Below, one piece after another: positions 1 through 10,668 of a stretch of DNA of 22,113 nt (position 1 is its first letter; the number at the start of each line of letters is the position of its first letter). The DNA comes from Adineta steineri. Its lineage: Eukaryota. The notes under the pieces were generated by a model. The model made no database searches and had not been told where the DNA came from. It saw only the letters and a list, made by a program, of their open reading frames with translations. The stretch lies in NCBI GenBank assembly GCA_905250065.1, contig CAJNON010000274.1:11639-33751 (forward strand), given 5' to 3'. A program made the position numbers and the translations under genes.

Positions 1-1
1 T

Positions 2-1013
2 ATTTTTGACTTTCAGTATATGGGTTTTGTTGATAATGATATCAATCAGATGACTTATGATTCTATAATTAATCAATTTAGTTCTTTATTTTGGTATGAT
101 AGAAAATGGTTTTTTAAGTATCAACTTGACTTAAAAGAATATCGAAATCTATTAGTTTTCGGTTCAACAAACCCGTACAGGTAATAAACAATTTTATAGA
201 GTTAAGTAGTAGAATTTACACAATGTGTGTAATTAAAACATAATTTACTATAAATGATTGCTAGATAAGAACTTGTTTTAATTCATAAAGTATATTTTTT
301 TATTATTTATAATTTTTAGGAGAAAACAATATACTTTATATAAACTCGCAAAACATAATGTTCGTAAACCTTCCGGAAAAAAGAATCTGAACTCAGTAAA
401 TTATCTTGAAATCCAAGGTGAAGATGCAATGACGAGTTGTGTTAATTATTTTCCAAATACTACAAAACTCACGCTTTCAAAGAATTTCAATGGAAACAGT
501 GTATGTCTTGAACTTGCGCTCAAACGTATTGTTTATTTAACTCAATTGACAACATTAGTTATTGAATGTTATGATTTTAATTTTGAACAATTGATAAAAT
601 TATTACATTCTACGCCTAATCTTCATACTCTAGCATATAACTGTGTATCAACTAATGAAATAAATATGAAATCAATTCAACAAAATGAGTTATTTCGATT
701 AATATCTTCAAAAAATATGATTAAGAATGTAAAGATTACAACGAGCAACTCATTGGAAAATATCAAACTACTTATTGCTCTATGTCCTCAAATGCAATAC
801 TTTGCCATTAATCGATATCGGCTATCTCTCGAATCGATGACAGAATTTGTATTATCAAAAAGTAAAGCTCACATTCAACATCTATGCTTATTATGTATAA
901 AAAATACAACAAGACCAATGGTTGCAATATTGAAGACTTTAATTGAATCAGAAGGATTGCTAGACAACTATGTAATTAAATATATTGATTCTGACATCTA
1001 TATTTGGTGGTAA
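2..1013 (+). CDS. 3' portion of an F-box/LRR-family-like protein, truncated by the left window edge; exons 2..180 and 320..1013
   Basis: The open frame from base 2 reads IFDFQYMGFVDNDINQM...FSSLFWYDRKWFFKYQLDLKEYRNLLVFGSTNPY and ends in phase 2 at AG|GTAATA (180/181). The acceptor tttttag|G at 319/320 restores the frame as R-RKQYTLYKLAKHNVRKPSGKKNLNSVNYLEIQGEDAMTSC..., joining the 194-aa ORF at 429. The tail has leucine-rich helical repeats and the FWxxxKWF-type segment also seen in the minus-strand F-box-like gene. Confidence 0.6.
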
Positions 1014-1323
1014 AAATTCATTTATTCTTACGAAATATTTTTATTCTCAAAAAATAGTAATTGTTAAATAAATGAAGCTATTCCGGGGATATCAATAAAA
1101 TGATTTACAGGTCTTACAAGCTAGAACTAAGCAAAATATAATTCTAAAAATATTGAATTTTTTGTATTCATAAAGTTCTTTATTTAGAAAATTGAAGTAA
1201 ATAAAATGGAATTTATTGTCGATTAAAACACAGATGAACAACTCGATGTTTTCAACGTTTTGATGTATTTCCTATTTAATGAAAAAAAGAACGTTATAAT
1301 TTCTTGTTCAAATAGATTAAAGT

Positions 1324-2316
1324 TTATTTATGTGTTGTTGGTGCTATCTTCAATGATTCAATAGCACCAATCTGATTCCGTCGTCGTCGATAAAATACAT
1401 TTTTAACTTTGCCTCGAAGTTCTGATAATGATCCACAACATACAAATGGAAATAGAAATAGAACATAACTACGAAAATAAACAGCATAAACCATCGGTAT
1501 TGCTACAATATCATCAGATAATCCATATTGAGATGCGAAAATAAGAATCGTCCATGGAGAATTGAATGTTAAATAAAGAATTGATATAGATAACAATTGA
1601 ATTGTCATTTTTCGATGTTTTCGCCATTGAAGTAATTGATTTCTCTTTCGTTTTTGCCATAAAACACGTACAATAAGACCAACACTAAATATTACAATGA
1701 TTATAGTTGGAATAACTTGATGAATAAGAAGATCTAATGTTCCTAATATTGTTCCCATAAATACACAAGGAATAAAAACACCACCAGTTATATAAGCTTC
1801 AAATGAATCTTCACAAAATGGTGCAAAAGTGATTAAAGAAAAATATATCAAACAATAAATAAGGATTATAATGATAGGTAAATAATGAACATAGAAACGT
1901 TGTTTTTTTGTTGTTATCCATTGATTATGAAAAATAAGTATGTGTCTTTCAATGGTTGCCCAAGCAAATAATACTATCTGAGTGACATACAATCCATAAT
2001 CCAAGAAAAATGAAAAAAGATAGAAAATAGGTGATTCAATCCAAGGAATACCATTGCGTAAATAATAAAGATCCCATGAAATAGTAGTTAGTTCGTATGT
2101 AATACCCAGAAAAAGAAGAACAATGATAATATGATTATTTAGAGCACGGCGAAGTGCTCGATCAGAAAGAAGATAATATAGAACAAATAAAGAACACAAT
2201 ATCGATAGTATATCGAAAATCATATATGTAATATATGTAACTGACGAAGACAGTCCTGATGATGGAGATGAGGAAGTAAAATTCTCTTCCATAGATATAT
2301 TACTGTTATTCGACAT
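1324..2316 (-). CDS. Seven-transmembrane receptor, rhodopsin-like GPCR family, single exon, 330 aa
   Basis: Intact ORF starting ATG (MSNNSN) with about seven hydrophobic segments, an E-R-H tripeptide at the DRY position after TM3 (ATIERHILIF), a basic loop before TM6 (WQKRKRNQLLQWRKHRKM) and a basic C-tail. Confidence 0.8.
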   Translation of the reverse strand: MSNNSNISMEENFTSSSPSSGLSSSVTYITYMIFDILSILCSLFVLYYLLSDRALRRALNNHIIIVLLFLGITYELTTISWDLYYLRNGIPWIESPIFYLFSFFLDYGLYVTQIVLFAWATIERHILIFHNQWITTKKQRFYVHYLPIIIILIYCLIYFSLITFAPFCEDSFEAYITGGVFIPCVFMGTILGTLDLLIHQVIPTIIIVIFSVGLIVRVLWQKRKRNQLLQWRKHRKMTIQLLSISILYLTFNSPWTILIFASQYGLSDDIVAIPMVYAVYFRSYVLFLFPFVCCGSLSELRGKVKNVFYRRRRNQIGAIESLKIAPTTHK

Positions 2317-3575
2317 GTATTGAACGAATAAAAAATATTAAATAATTCAACAGTATTCTTTGAAAAAAAAGAAAAAGTATATAAATTAAGATTTCATAGA
2401 ATATGATTATAGTATAGAAAAAAATATATTTTTAACAAGTAGCAAAATTTGCCCACTTTATCAAAGAAAAATAATGAGACTTTTTTCAATGAAACAATTC
2501 AATTATAACTAATACAAATAACAAATTCTATTTTTATTTCACGCTAATTAAATTCATAAAACTTTATAAAATAAAAAAAAGAATTATATGATGCTTACAT
2601 AATTCTTTTTATATTCATTAAATTTTTCTAAATTTATAATATCATTCAAGTGTAATATCAATAAATATTTAGTTTTGCACTTGGGGAGGACAATCCGATG
2701 AAGATTTTGTTCAATTCGTAAATGTATATTGTAGATATTCTTCTGCTACATATAGTAATTAACGAAGTTCTTTTTAGAATCATTTCATATCAATTTTTGT
2801 TATTCAATTAAGTTATGAAGACAAACATGTGACAAGCTATGTCAATAAGTATAATTGATGTGTACCCATCAATCAATATTGAATAGAAATCATATTATTA
2901 GTAGATTTAATATTTTTGAGAAACTTTGCTAGTAAAGAAAACAATATTACAATCAAGAGAATATTGGCTCGTAAATGTATTGACAGATCATTACTTCTTG
3001 ATGGAGGAAAAGAAATGTCAAGTAAATTAATTATGTAATACTTAATTGAGCGCGCTATAGTATGTTTCCTAAATTCAATTATAAATTTCAAATTATCTCA
3101 TTAACATTAATTAATAAGTCTATAGATATTTTATATTATTAATTATTTTAAACAAAGAGACAAGATACGATAATTGAAATGTATTTACAATAACGTTTGT
3201 CATTTCGATTTGTAAAAGCAATTTCTATGCGCAATATTAACTTGATTATACAAACAAAATATTATCAACGTAATGTCATATCAATAATGATTGACATGAG
3301 TTTGTTTGTCTATATTTCAATATACGATCGACGTTCTCTCCAGACAAACAAGTTTCTGTTGATAGATTTTCTTTTTTTATCTATACTATTCCTTTGTTTA
3401 TATCATACATTATTACTATTACGTACTAGAAGAAAAAAAAGTAGTGTTCTTCAAGGACGAAAATGAAGGATGGCCTTCTTTATACTGTATTTATCTAGAT
3501 GTACAACAAATTACTAATAAGTATTTCTTTCTCTCTTACTAAAAATAGAGATATATATTACTAATGAAGATATTG

Positions 3576-3597
3576 CATACATATATATATATATATC
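3576..3597. repeat. Short AT dinucleotide microsatellite
   Basis: atacatatatatatatatatct run seen directly. Confidence 0.7.
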
Positions 3598-3722
3598 TTT
3601 AAACTGTTTTAGAGCTCATTTGTATCGACAGATATACTTCTGTATTGATAACTAATACGAAATTTACTTAGAGTAAGTAGAAGAAAATTTGATTATCATG
3701 TATTTGTATTTCATAATTTAGA

Positions 3723-4166
3723 ATGTCATATAAAAATCAAGAAAATCCTCATTGTCCTCGTTGTGGTCATGCAGCTTTTCATGCTGAATCAATTCCAGCT
3801 GCTGGAAAAGTATGGCATAAAATATGTTTTCGATGTGGTAAATAAATCAAAGTTTATCTATTGATTATTATTAAACTTAATTGATTTGAATTAGGTCTTT
3901 GTAAGAAATCATTAGAAATAACAACAATGGCAGAACATGATGGTGATTTATATTGTAAACAGTGTTATACTCGTAAATATGGTATTCGTGGTGTTGGTTT
4001 TGGCGTTGGTGCTGGTGCACTTGGAATGGATACAGGTGAACGATACGGAAATACACAATCACTTTCGTATGTTTTGTTTTTCATTATAAATAATAAAAAC
4101 TTATTATGAATTTTTAGAAATAAACCAAATTATCCTCCAGTTCCTGGTATTACACCACCTGAGTAA
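3723..4166 (+). CDS. Single-LIM-domain protein of the muscle LIM/cysteine- and glycine-rich protein type, 111 aa; exons 3723..3837, 3895..4066, 4118..4166
   Basis: The spliced product is MSYKNQENPHCPRCGHAAFHAESIPAAGKVWHKICFRCGLCKKSLEITTMAEHDGDLYCKQCYTRKYGIRGVGFGVGAGALGMDTGERYGNTQSLSNKPNYPPVPGITPPE*. It has C-x2-C-x17-H-x2-C-x2-C-x2-C-x17-C-x2-C spacing followed by the Gly-rich GVGFGVGAGALGMD tail typical of MLP/CSRP. Both introns are GT-AG and preserve the frame. Confidence 0.92.
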
Positions 4167-4903
4167 ACAATTTTGAATTTTACTAATGATTGAACATTTT
4201 ATTCATTTATTTCTCGCAATTTCTTTTTTTATCGAAAATATTTATTATATTTGTGTTTAACTTATAGAATGGAAATAATCCAGGAATACATTTTTATTAG
4301 GACAATAAAAAAATCAGTAGCATTCATATAATCTGTGTAGTTTTTATTTTAAATCTATGAAACAAATCTAATTAAATAGGATATTTTTCCGATGTCATGA
4401 AGTACAAAACATCTAGAATACCGCGGAATTGAAAAATAGTATATCAATATTCTTGACAGCTGATACGTTTTTTCTTGAAAGATATTTATGCTGCATGAAG
4501 AGAGAAAAGAAAAGACTCATTAATCTATTATGTATATCATTTCTACTTTCTCGCTAAGAAACAATATAATGTCAATAGAACATACCCAACTTTTATTTGT
4601 TCTTATATGCGTCACTAGAGATGATTATCTATCACGAAACTATAACAGACAAAATCAATTAATTTTTTTGTCAAAATTACTTTTAGACATTAACCGACTC
4701 ATTGATTATTAGAAGCTAATATTCATATTGCTAAATGTTACATAGAATCAATCGATACAAGTTATGATTTTCATAAACGAATTTGATATTATTGTACGTC
4801 TCAGTTATCTCTGACTATAAGCAAATAAATACTTCAGCGACTTCTAGATTACAGTCAAGAAGAACTCTATTTAATATTAGATTCATTTTTATTTTTAAGA
4901 ATT

Positions 4904-7900
4904 TTAGAAAATAGGATGTATTCGTCTTTTGATATTTAATTGATATTTTTTAATAGATTTGATAAATTCTTGTCTATAAATTTTTGATGGTAAAACAAAG
5001 ACCATAAAAGTAATTGTACTGGGAATAAATGAAATAAAATATCCAGTGAGAAATAACCAAGAATCCTGACCCGATTTCATACAACCGGATGCGAATGAAA
5101 TAATCAAACGTGGTAAAGCAAGTATGACTAAAACAAATGGTGCAATAAGTAGATGATTGTATCGACGTAGTTGTTTACGTAATTGCATTAGAAAATGTTT
5201 GTTATTTTGACTTCTTGTACGATATTGAGCAGTTTTTTTAATGATAATTATTGCCGAAATAAAATTAATGAGAAATGGAATAAAAAAATGAAAACTATTA
5301 ATCAATAAATCATATATATGTAAACTAGATGAATAGGTAATAATACACCAAATTCTTTTCTCATCATCATAATCAATATCATCTAATAGATGTCGATGAA
5401 TAGGATCATGAATTGTTGTCATAGTAAGAATAATAAAAAGAAAAAGAATGATATATTTAGCTGATTGTTTACTTTTTTGTTTATCGAAATGAGGACCTTT
5501 TATTGTAGTAATTGCTCGTTCTAAAGATACACATGCAGTTAACCATTGATCCATATTAAGATTAATTCGAAGTAAAAAATCAAATGACATACATTGAAAA
5601 TATAGAAACGATCGACTTGTCATATATGTTATCTGTGCAATGATTAATATCCAAAATTTTAAAGCGAATATAATTACTGTACATAGAGTAGTCATTGACG
5701 AAGTCTGAAGGTATAGACCAGAGCCAGTTTTACGTAATTCTTTATTCTTAAATGTAATGAACATCAAAAATCCATTGATAAAGCCTACAATAATTATGAT
5801 CATTGTCAATGCTGCACTAACTTGCACAATATGAGGTTGATGTTTCATATTAATATATGGTTGAATATGATAACCGAGAATACCATCAAGTGCTAAACCA
5901 AATAAATTTGAACTAAATTGACATCGTTTTCCATAAAAACATTTCGGACAAATACATACTGATGTTTGTGGACAAATATATTTATCTTGTAAACATTGTG
6001 CACCATTTTCACAATTACTTTGACCAAAACAATTATGTTCAATTGATGCATTAAATTCAAAACAATTAGCTACACGTTCGTTACCATAATCATTACATAA
6101 ACAAAAATGACTATCATCATAAAAACATAATAATGCTGGTGAATGTTGTCGTTGACATGGTACATGATAGTATTTTATTCGACGGAGAAGATGAAGTTGA
6201 ACAATTGTTTCATTGAATAGTTCATTAATGTGTTTACAACGATCTGATGGGTTAATTGTTGTTGAAATGATCGCTGATGGATGATATGTCTTTTGAACAG
6301 TAATTAAATAGTAGTTATTATCAGAAAGTTCAGTAAAAGCAATATGAAATGGACGTGACCAACGAATAATAATTGATTTATGATTGATTGGAATATTTTT
6401 AAAAGTAGAACCATTTTCAGGCAGACTATTATCAATTACTTGAATGAAATGAATCAATATTGACGAAGGTAAGATCATATCTTTATGAAATGTAACGATA
6501 ATTTTACTATCAGCTATCTCACATCGTTCTCCACTAAATCCTTTTGGACAAATACAAAAGAATTTCTTATCAGATATCATTTGCTCATCGGTAGCTACAC
6601 ATTGACCACTATTATAACATGGAGAAGTTTTATTTGATTGACATACTATATCAGAAAGTAGACAACGAGAACCCCATCGATTGAGAGGACAAACACAAAC
6701 TGATCGATTGTTAGGTAATACACCAATACATAATGAATCAGATGAACACATACATGTATGTGAAATGGTACAATATTTTCCAGACCACCCATGCTCACAA
6801 CGACAAAATGAATTACCTTTCGAATCATCTGAATATCGCATACATTGACCATGTACACATCGATGATCTATACAGTCTTGTCTATTCTCATCTATACGTG
6901 GAATATTCAACTGTACAGAAATACGGTGTACTGGTAAAAAAGGATAATTTAATGGGATCAGTAAACTTCCACGATATGTAAATGAATTTTTTCTATAAAT
7001 ATCAATATGAATTGAATATTGTTTTGTTTGATTTTTTGGTCGTTGTGAATAAAGTAAGTATAGATTAAATTTTCTTTGACAATGTTGTGCACTAAGATAA
7101 GTAAGTTGTTGAGAGGAATGAATAATTCGTTCATCACTATCATCAATAAGTAAAATAATAATAGCAAATAATGTTTGTCTGGAATGAGAAAATGTTTGAA
7201 ATTGTACAGTAAGACTAATGCGTTGATTTTGATATTGACATAAATGACCATAGAAACTAGGTGGACAAAGACATGTTGTAACAGTTAAATTTTTATTATT
7301 ATTCAACCAAACACGTAAAGGTAGACCACGATGACAACGTTGATTGTATTGAGAAATAGATGAATCGAAAGAAGAACGTATCTTTTTTTGTTGAATAGAT
7401 AATTGTTGACTTGATGGTTTTATTTTGTCAATTGAAAAATATGTCACTGACGGTTTTTGTAGAACGTTTGAATATCTACAAAGAAACTTTTGAGCATTTG
7501 TATGTCTGGATTCATAATTATCATTACAAATACTATCGCGTTCATTGCTATTTGGGATCTGAACACATAAGAAATCATTTTTATAACTACATTGTTCGTG
7601 ATAATCATTACATATGCTTGAAATCGATATACAAGAATTAGTAAAATTCTGTTTGCAATAGAAATTCGTACATGTTGGTAGAAAATTATTTGAACGACAT
7701 AATTTTGGTTCATCCGTAGCACCAACACAATCGATATGACCATCATTGGCTTGTTTGATAGGTAAACATGTAAGTTGATGTGTGTCAAATGAAATACATG
7801 CGTGATGAAGAGACGGACAGTTTAATAACGGTGATGAATCACAATCAACTTCATCAGCTCCGTTAAAACAATTCCAAAATCCATCACAACGAGTATAAGT

Positions 7901-9646
7901 ATTATTACATTGCCAATAGTCACATTCTGTTTCATCGGTTTCATTTTTTCCATCAATCATAATAGGTTCTAATTCAATAAAACCATCACAAATAATTGGA
8001 AATGATATATATTTTCTAATAGAGTAATCGTCTGTATTTTCATCAGGACAAAGACCATAATCATCAATACCACAATCACATTTGCCATCTCTAACTAATT
8101 GAGAAGAAATACATTTATCCTTTGTTGTACATTTAAAAAGTGTTTCCGATGTTAATGTTGAACAAGTTTCATTAATTAAAGGACAATTTTCATCATCTTT
8201 ATAATTACAATCATTCTTACCATCACAAAGACGCTGTCGTGAAATACACTTTGACGAATTCATACATCTGTACATAGTTGAACTATCATTACATGCTGAG
8301 AAATTATTATAAATAATTGTATTACATTGATAAAGATGAGTATACAATGGTTTAACAAGTTGATCAATCAAGCTAAATCTTCCACCTTGTTGAAATGTAA
8401 TAGGAAAATCTTGTGGACGACGACATGTAGAATTATTTATTATAAATAATGTTCTATTAGAAAAAAATCCATTACAAAGTTGATCATTATAACAAATATA
8501 TTGCGGGTATAAAGAACTAATTGAATTCACAATAATTTCTTTTTGATAAGCAAAATAGATATGACCAAAAGCAAGAGCTCCAGTAGGTATAATTAATAAA
8601 TCTGGACATGTTTCATTAATTATTTGTTTGCATGTTTTATTAAAACAGATATGATTACATTTTGGATCAAATGAATTTGGGATTCCATAATGACATTTAA
8701 ATGCTAACCAACATATATCAGATAATAAGTTTGGAGTATCTAAAAATAACATATCTTTTAAAAGATTGTCACGTTTTGGTACACATGAACTTGTGAATCT
8801 TATATTAAATAAATAAAAACGTAATGGACATATAATATCTTCATTAGTGAATATTGGTTCAGTACTAGACCATCGATATGGCGTTGTTGTATCTTGATTT
8901 TCATCTGAACGATCAAGACATTCATAAGTATTTGGATTATCATGATGGAATATTCTAGATATACATTGACCATTATGACATCGATATTCATTTTCTTGAC
9001 ATTCATTCATTTCTAATTGCCAACAATATTTTTCATCGATTCCATCATTTAAACAATCAACAGTTCCATCACATATTTCACTCCAATCAAGACATGCTGA
9101 TTTAGAACCACGATTACATTCTAAATGAATATAACATGTTAAATTTATAGGATCATATTCCTCTTGATAGAAGTCCGAAATCATTTCATTCAACGATAAA
9201 TTATAAGATTGATAAATATCTAATGAGTATTGACATTGTGAACCAAATCTTGGTAATGTACAATTATAAAAGTATTGAAATTCTCCTGTAGATAAACGTT
9301 CATTTAAATATAATTGATACTGTTCGATCACATCTATTGGTGCTGACCAAAGATATAATTGTTGGCTGGTAATATTTTGTTGATAAAGTTCAGCAAAAGT
9401 AAATTTTTGATCAATAGTATTTTCTTGAATATTCCATTTTGATGATAATTCACTTAGACAATAAGAAACAACTTGATAAGGATCAGTTTCTTTTTCAATC
9501 GATGAAATAACATGAAGGCAGTCATGTGGAAAAACAGTATCGTTTTTATTATTATTTACCCAATCTGTATGATACAGATTAATATTCGGTTGAGTAACTA
9601 TCGAACGTAATAGAATAAAATAAAATAAAATTTTAAGTATTACCAT
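4904..9646 (-). CDS. Large single-exon receptor: signal peptide, LDL-receptor class A repeats, EGF-like repeats, C-terminal rhodopsin-like 7TM domain (~1580 aa)
   Basis: One uninterrupted ORF. The ORF track starts at a TTG codon (9661) and the first ATG is at 9646, giving a hydrophobic leader MVILKILFYFILLRSIVT. LDLa-like motifs include CLDWSEICDGTVDCLNDGIDEKYC, YRCMNSSKCISRQRLCDGKNDCNYKDDENC and TRCDGFWNCFNGADEVDC. EGF-like motifs include CVHGQCMRYSDDSKGNSFCRCEHGWSGKYC and CYNSGQCVATDEQMISDKKFFCICPKGFSGERC. Seven hydrophobic helices then start near HIVQVSAALTMIIIIVGFINGFLM, with an ER motif (VSLERAITTIKG). Confidence 0.88.
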   Translation of the reverse strand: MVILKILFYFILLRSIVTQPNINLYHTDWVNNNKNDTVFPHDCLHVISSIEKETDPYQVVSYCLSELSSKWNIQENTIDQKFTFAELYQQNITSQQLYLWSAPIDVIEQYQLYLNERLSTGEFQYFYNCTLPRFGSQCQYSLDIYQSYNLSLNEMISDFYQEEYDPINLTCYIHLECNRGSKSACLDWSEICDGTVDCLNDGIDEKYCWQLEMNECQENEYRCHNGQCISRIFHHDNPNTYECLDRSDENQDTTTPYRWSSTEPIFTNEDIICPLRFYLFNIRFTSSCVPKRDNLLKDMLFLDTPNLLSDICWLAFKCHYGIPNSFDPKCNHICFNKTCKQIINETCPDLLIIPTGALAFGHIYFAYQKEIIVNSISSLYPQYICYNDQLCNGFFSNRTLFIINNSTCRRPQDFPITFQQGGRFSLIDQLVKPLYTHLYQCNTIIYNNFSACNDSSTMYRCMNSSKCISRQRLCDGKNDCNYKDDENCPLINETCSTLTSETLFKCTTKDKCISSQLVRDGKCDCGIDDYGLCPDENTDDYSIRKYISFPIICDGFIELEPIMIDGKNETDETECDYWQCNNTYTRCDGFWNCFNGADEVDCDSSPLLNCPSLHHACISFDTHQLTCLPIKQANDGHIDCVGATDEPKLCRSNNFLPTCTNFYCKQNFTNSCISISSICNDYHEQCSYKNDFLCVQIPNSNERDSICNDNYESRHTNAQKFLCRYSNVLQKPSVTYFSIDKIKPSSQQLSIQQKKIRSSFDSSISQYNQRCHRGLPLRVWLNNNKNLTVTTCLCPPSFYGHLCQYQNQRISLTVQFQTFSHSRQTLFAIIILLIDDSDERIIHSSQQLTYLSAQHCQRKFNLYLLYSQRPKNQTKQYSIHIDIYRKNSFTYRGSLLIPLNYPFLPVHRISVQLNIPRIDENRQDCIDHRCVHGQCMRYSDDSKGNSFCRCEHGWSGKYCTISHTCMCSSDSLCIGVLPNNRSVCVCPLNRWGSRCLLSDIVCQSNKTSPCYNSGQCVATDEQMISDKKFFCICPKGFSGERCEIADSKIIVTFHKDMILPSSILIHFIQVIDNSLPENGSTFKNIPINHKSIIIRWSRPFHIAFTELSDNNYYLITVQKTYHPSAIISTTINPSDRCKHINELFNETIVQLHLLRRIKYYHVPCQRQHSPALLCFYDDSHFCLCNDYGNERVANCFEFNASIEHNCFGQSNCENGAQCLQDKYICPQTSVCICPKCFYGKRCQFSSNLFGLALDGILGYHIQPYINMKHQPHIVQVSAALTMIIIIVGFINGFLMFITFKNKELRKTGSGLYLQTSSMTTLCTVIIFALKFWILIIAQITYMTSRSFLYFQCMSFDFLLRINLNMDQWLTACVSLERAITTIKGPHFDKQKSKQSAKYIILFLFIILTMTTIHDPIHRHLLDDIDYDDEKRIWCIITYSSSLHIYDLLINSFHFFIPFLINFISAIIIIKKTAQYRTRSQNNKHFLMQLRKQLRRYNHLLIAPFVLVILALPRLIISFASGCMKSGQDSWLFLTGYFISFIPSTITFMVFVLPSKIYRQEFIKSIKKYQLNIKRRIHPIF

Positions 9647-10668
9647 TAGATAATATTTCAATTCTTCTCATAAATACAGCGTATACAAATGACCAGAATT
9701 TAATTATTCAAATTACTTATATATATTTTTTTTTCTCTCTCTCAGACTTCTACCTACGTCAGAAAATATTCTTTTCTAGAAATAGCATAGTAAATATATT
9801 GTCATGTATTCTAACATCCTGAGTAAGCACCTTTTATATTTATTCATAACTTACATTTAATATATTTTAAAACTCTTATTGGCAAAGACTATGCTTACTG
9901 TATTTATAAATTCTTTTTTTGTTAGAAATATTTGAACAAATGTTATTAATTTATTTTCTTTTTTTTGCTTTTACATCGACGAGTAATTACAACAACATTT
10001 ACTGTTAATTATTGACAGAAAAAAAATGAATTACAACGTTCAGAAAAAAAAAAGAATAATAGTATATCAAGAGTTAATAAATTATAGAAATTATTCTCAT
10101 AAATACTTAAATTAAACATTAATCAGTGATGGATAAATAAGAGAAAATCTTATGCATTTTTTATTTTAATTAGTGTGATTCATAGTAACAGAGATATTAT
10201 TCAAAGAAATCATAAACAGATGAAATATAGTAGCAGCAGGCGATGACATTCAAATTCTTCTCTGTAGTCAATCATCAATTTATTATATTTAATTTATTTT
10301 TAAAAGATAAAGTTCATGACATTAATACAATGAATAGCTTGATTAAGGATATAGATACATGAGAATTATAATATGGTATTCACATGCTTGCACATACATA
10401 TCACATGATATCGATATAGAATTAAATTTAGTCTGTACAAAGACTAAAGAGCATAAAAGTTGTGCGATGTTCCAATCATGAGAGTCCATTTTATAATAAA
10501 TTTTATTTGAAGATAGAATGTTAGTTTATAGTCAGTATATTATTAAATTATAGAAGACTATTGAATCACGTGATATGCACCAGTATTTCTTAATATTACG
10601 ACGAGAATTATAATAAAAGTTTGCTTGATAATATTGTAGTTTATTTGATAAAAATAAGTTTTCGAATA

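Noticed and set aside
2873-3466. Small ORFs 2873-3091 (-) and 3197-3466 (+), plus a 45-codon open stretch (~2904-3038 +)
   Set aside because: They are short, AT-driven and hydrophobic by composition, with no family signature and no convincing splice partners.
3877-4062. 61-aa minus-strand ORF opposite the LIM gene
   Set aside because: It lies antisense to the well-supported LIM exon 2, and its repetitive His/Gln/Asn content looks like a shadow ORF.
6646-9006. Antisense and alternate-frame ORFs of 60-114 aa inside the large receptor gene (6646-6858, 6733-6981, 6958-7251, 7411-7641, 7444-7788, 8800-9006)
   Set aside because: They overlap a clearly coding 1.5-kb-plus frame with recognisable domains. 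They have low-complexity, shadow-like composition and no recognisable product.
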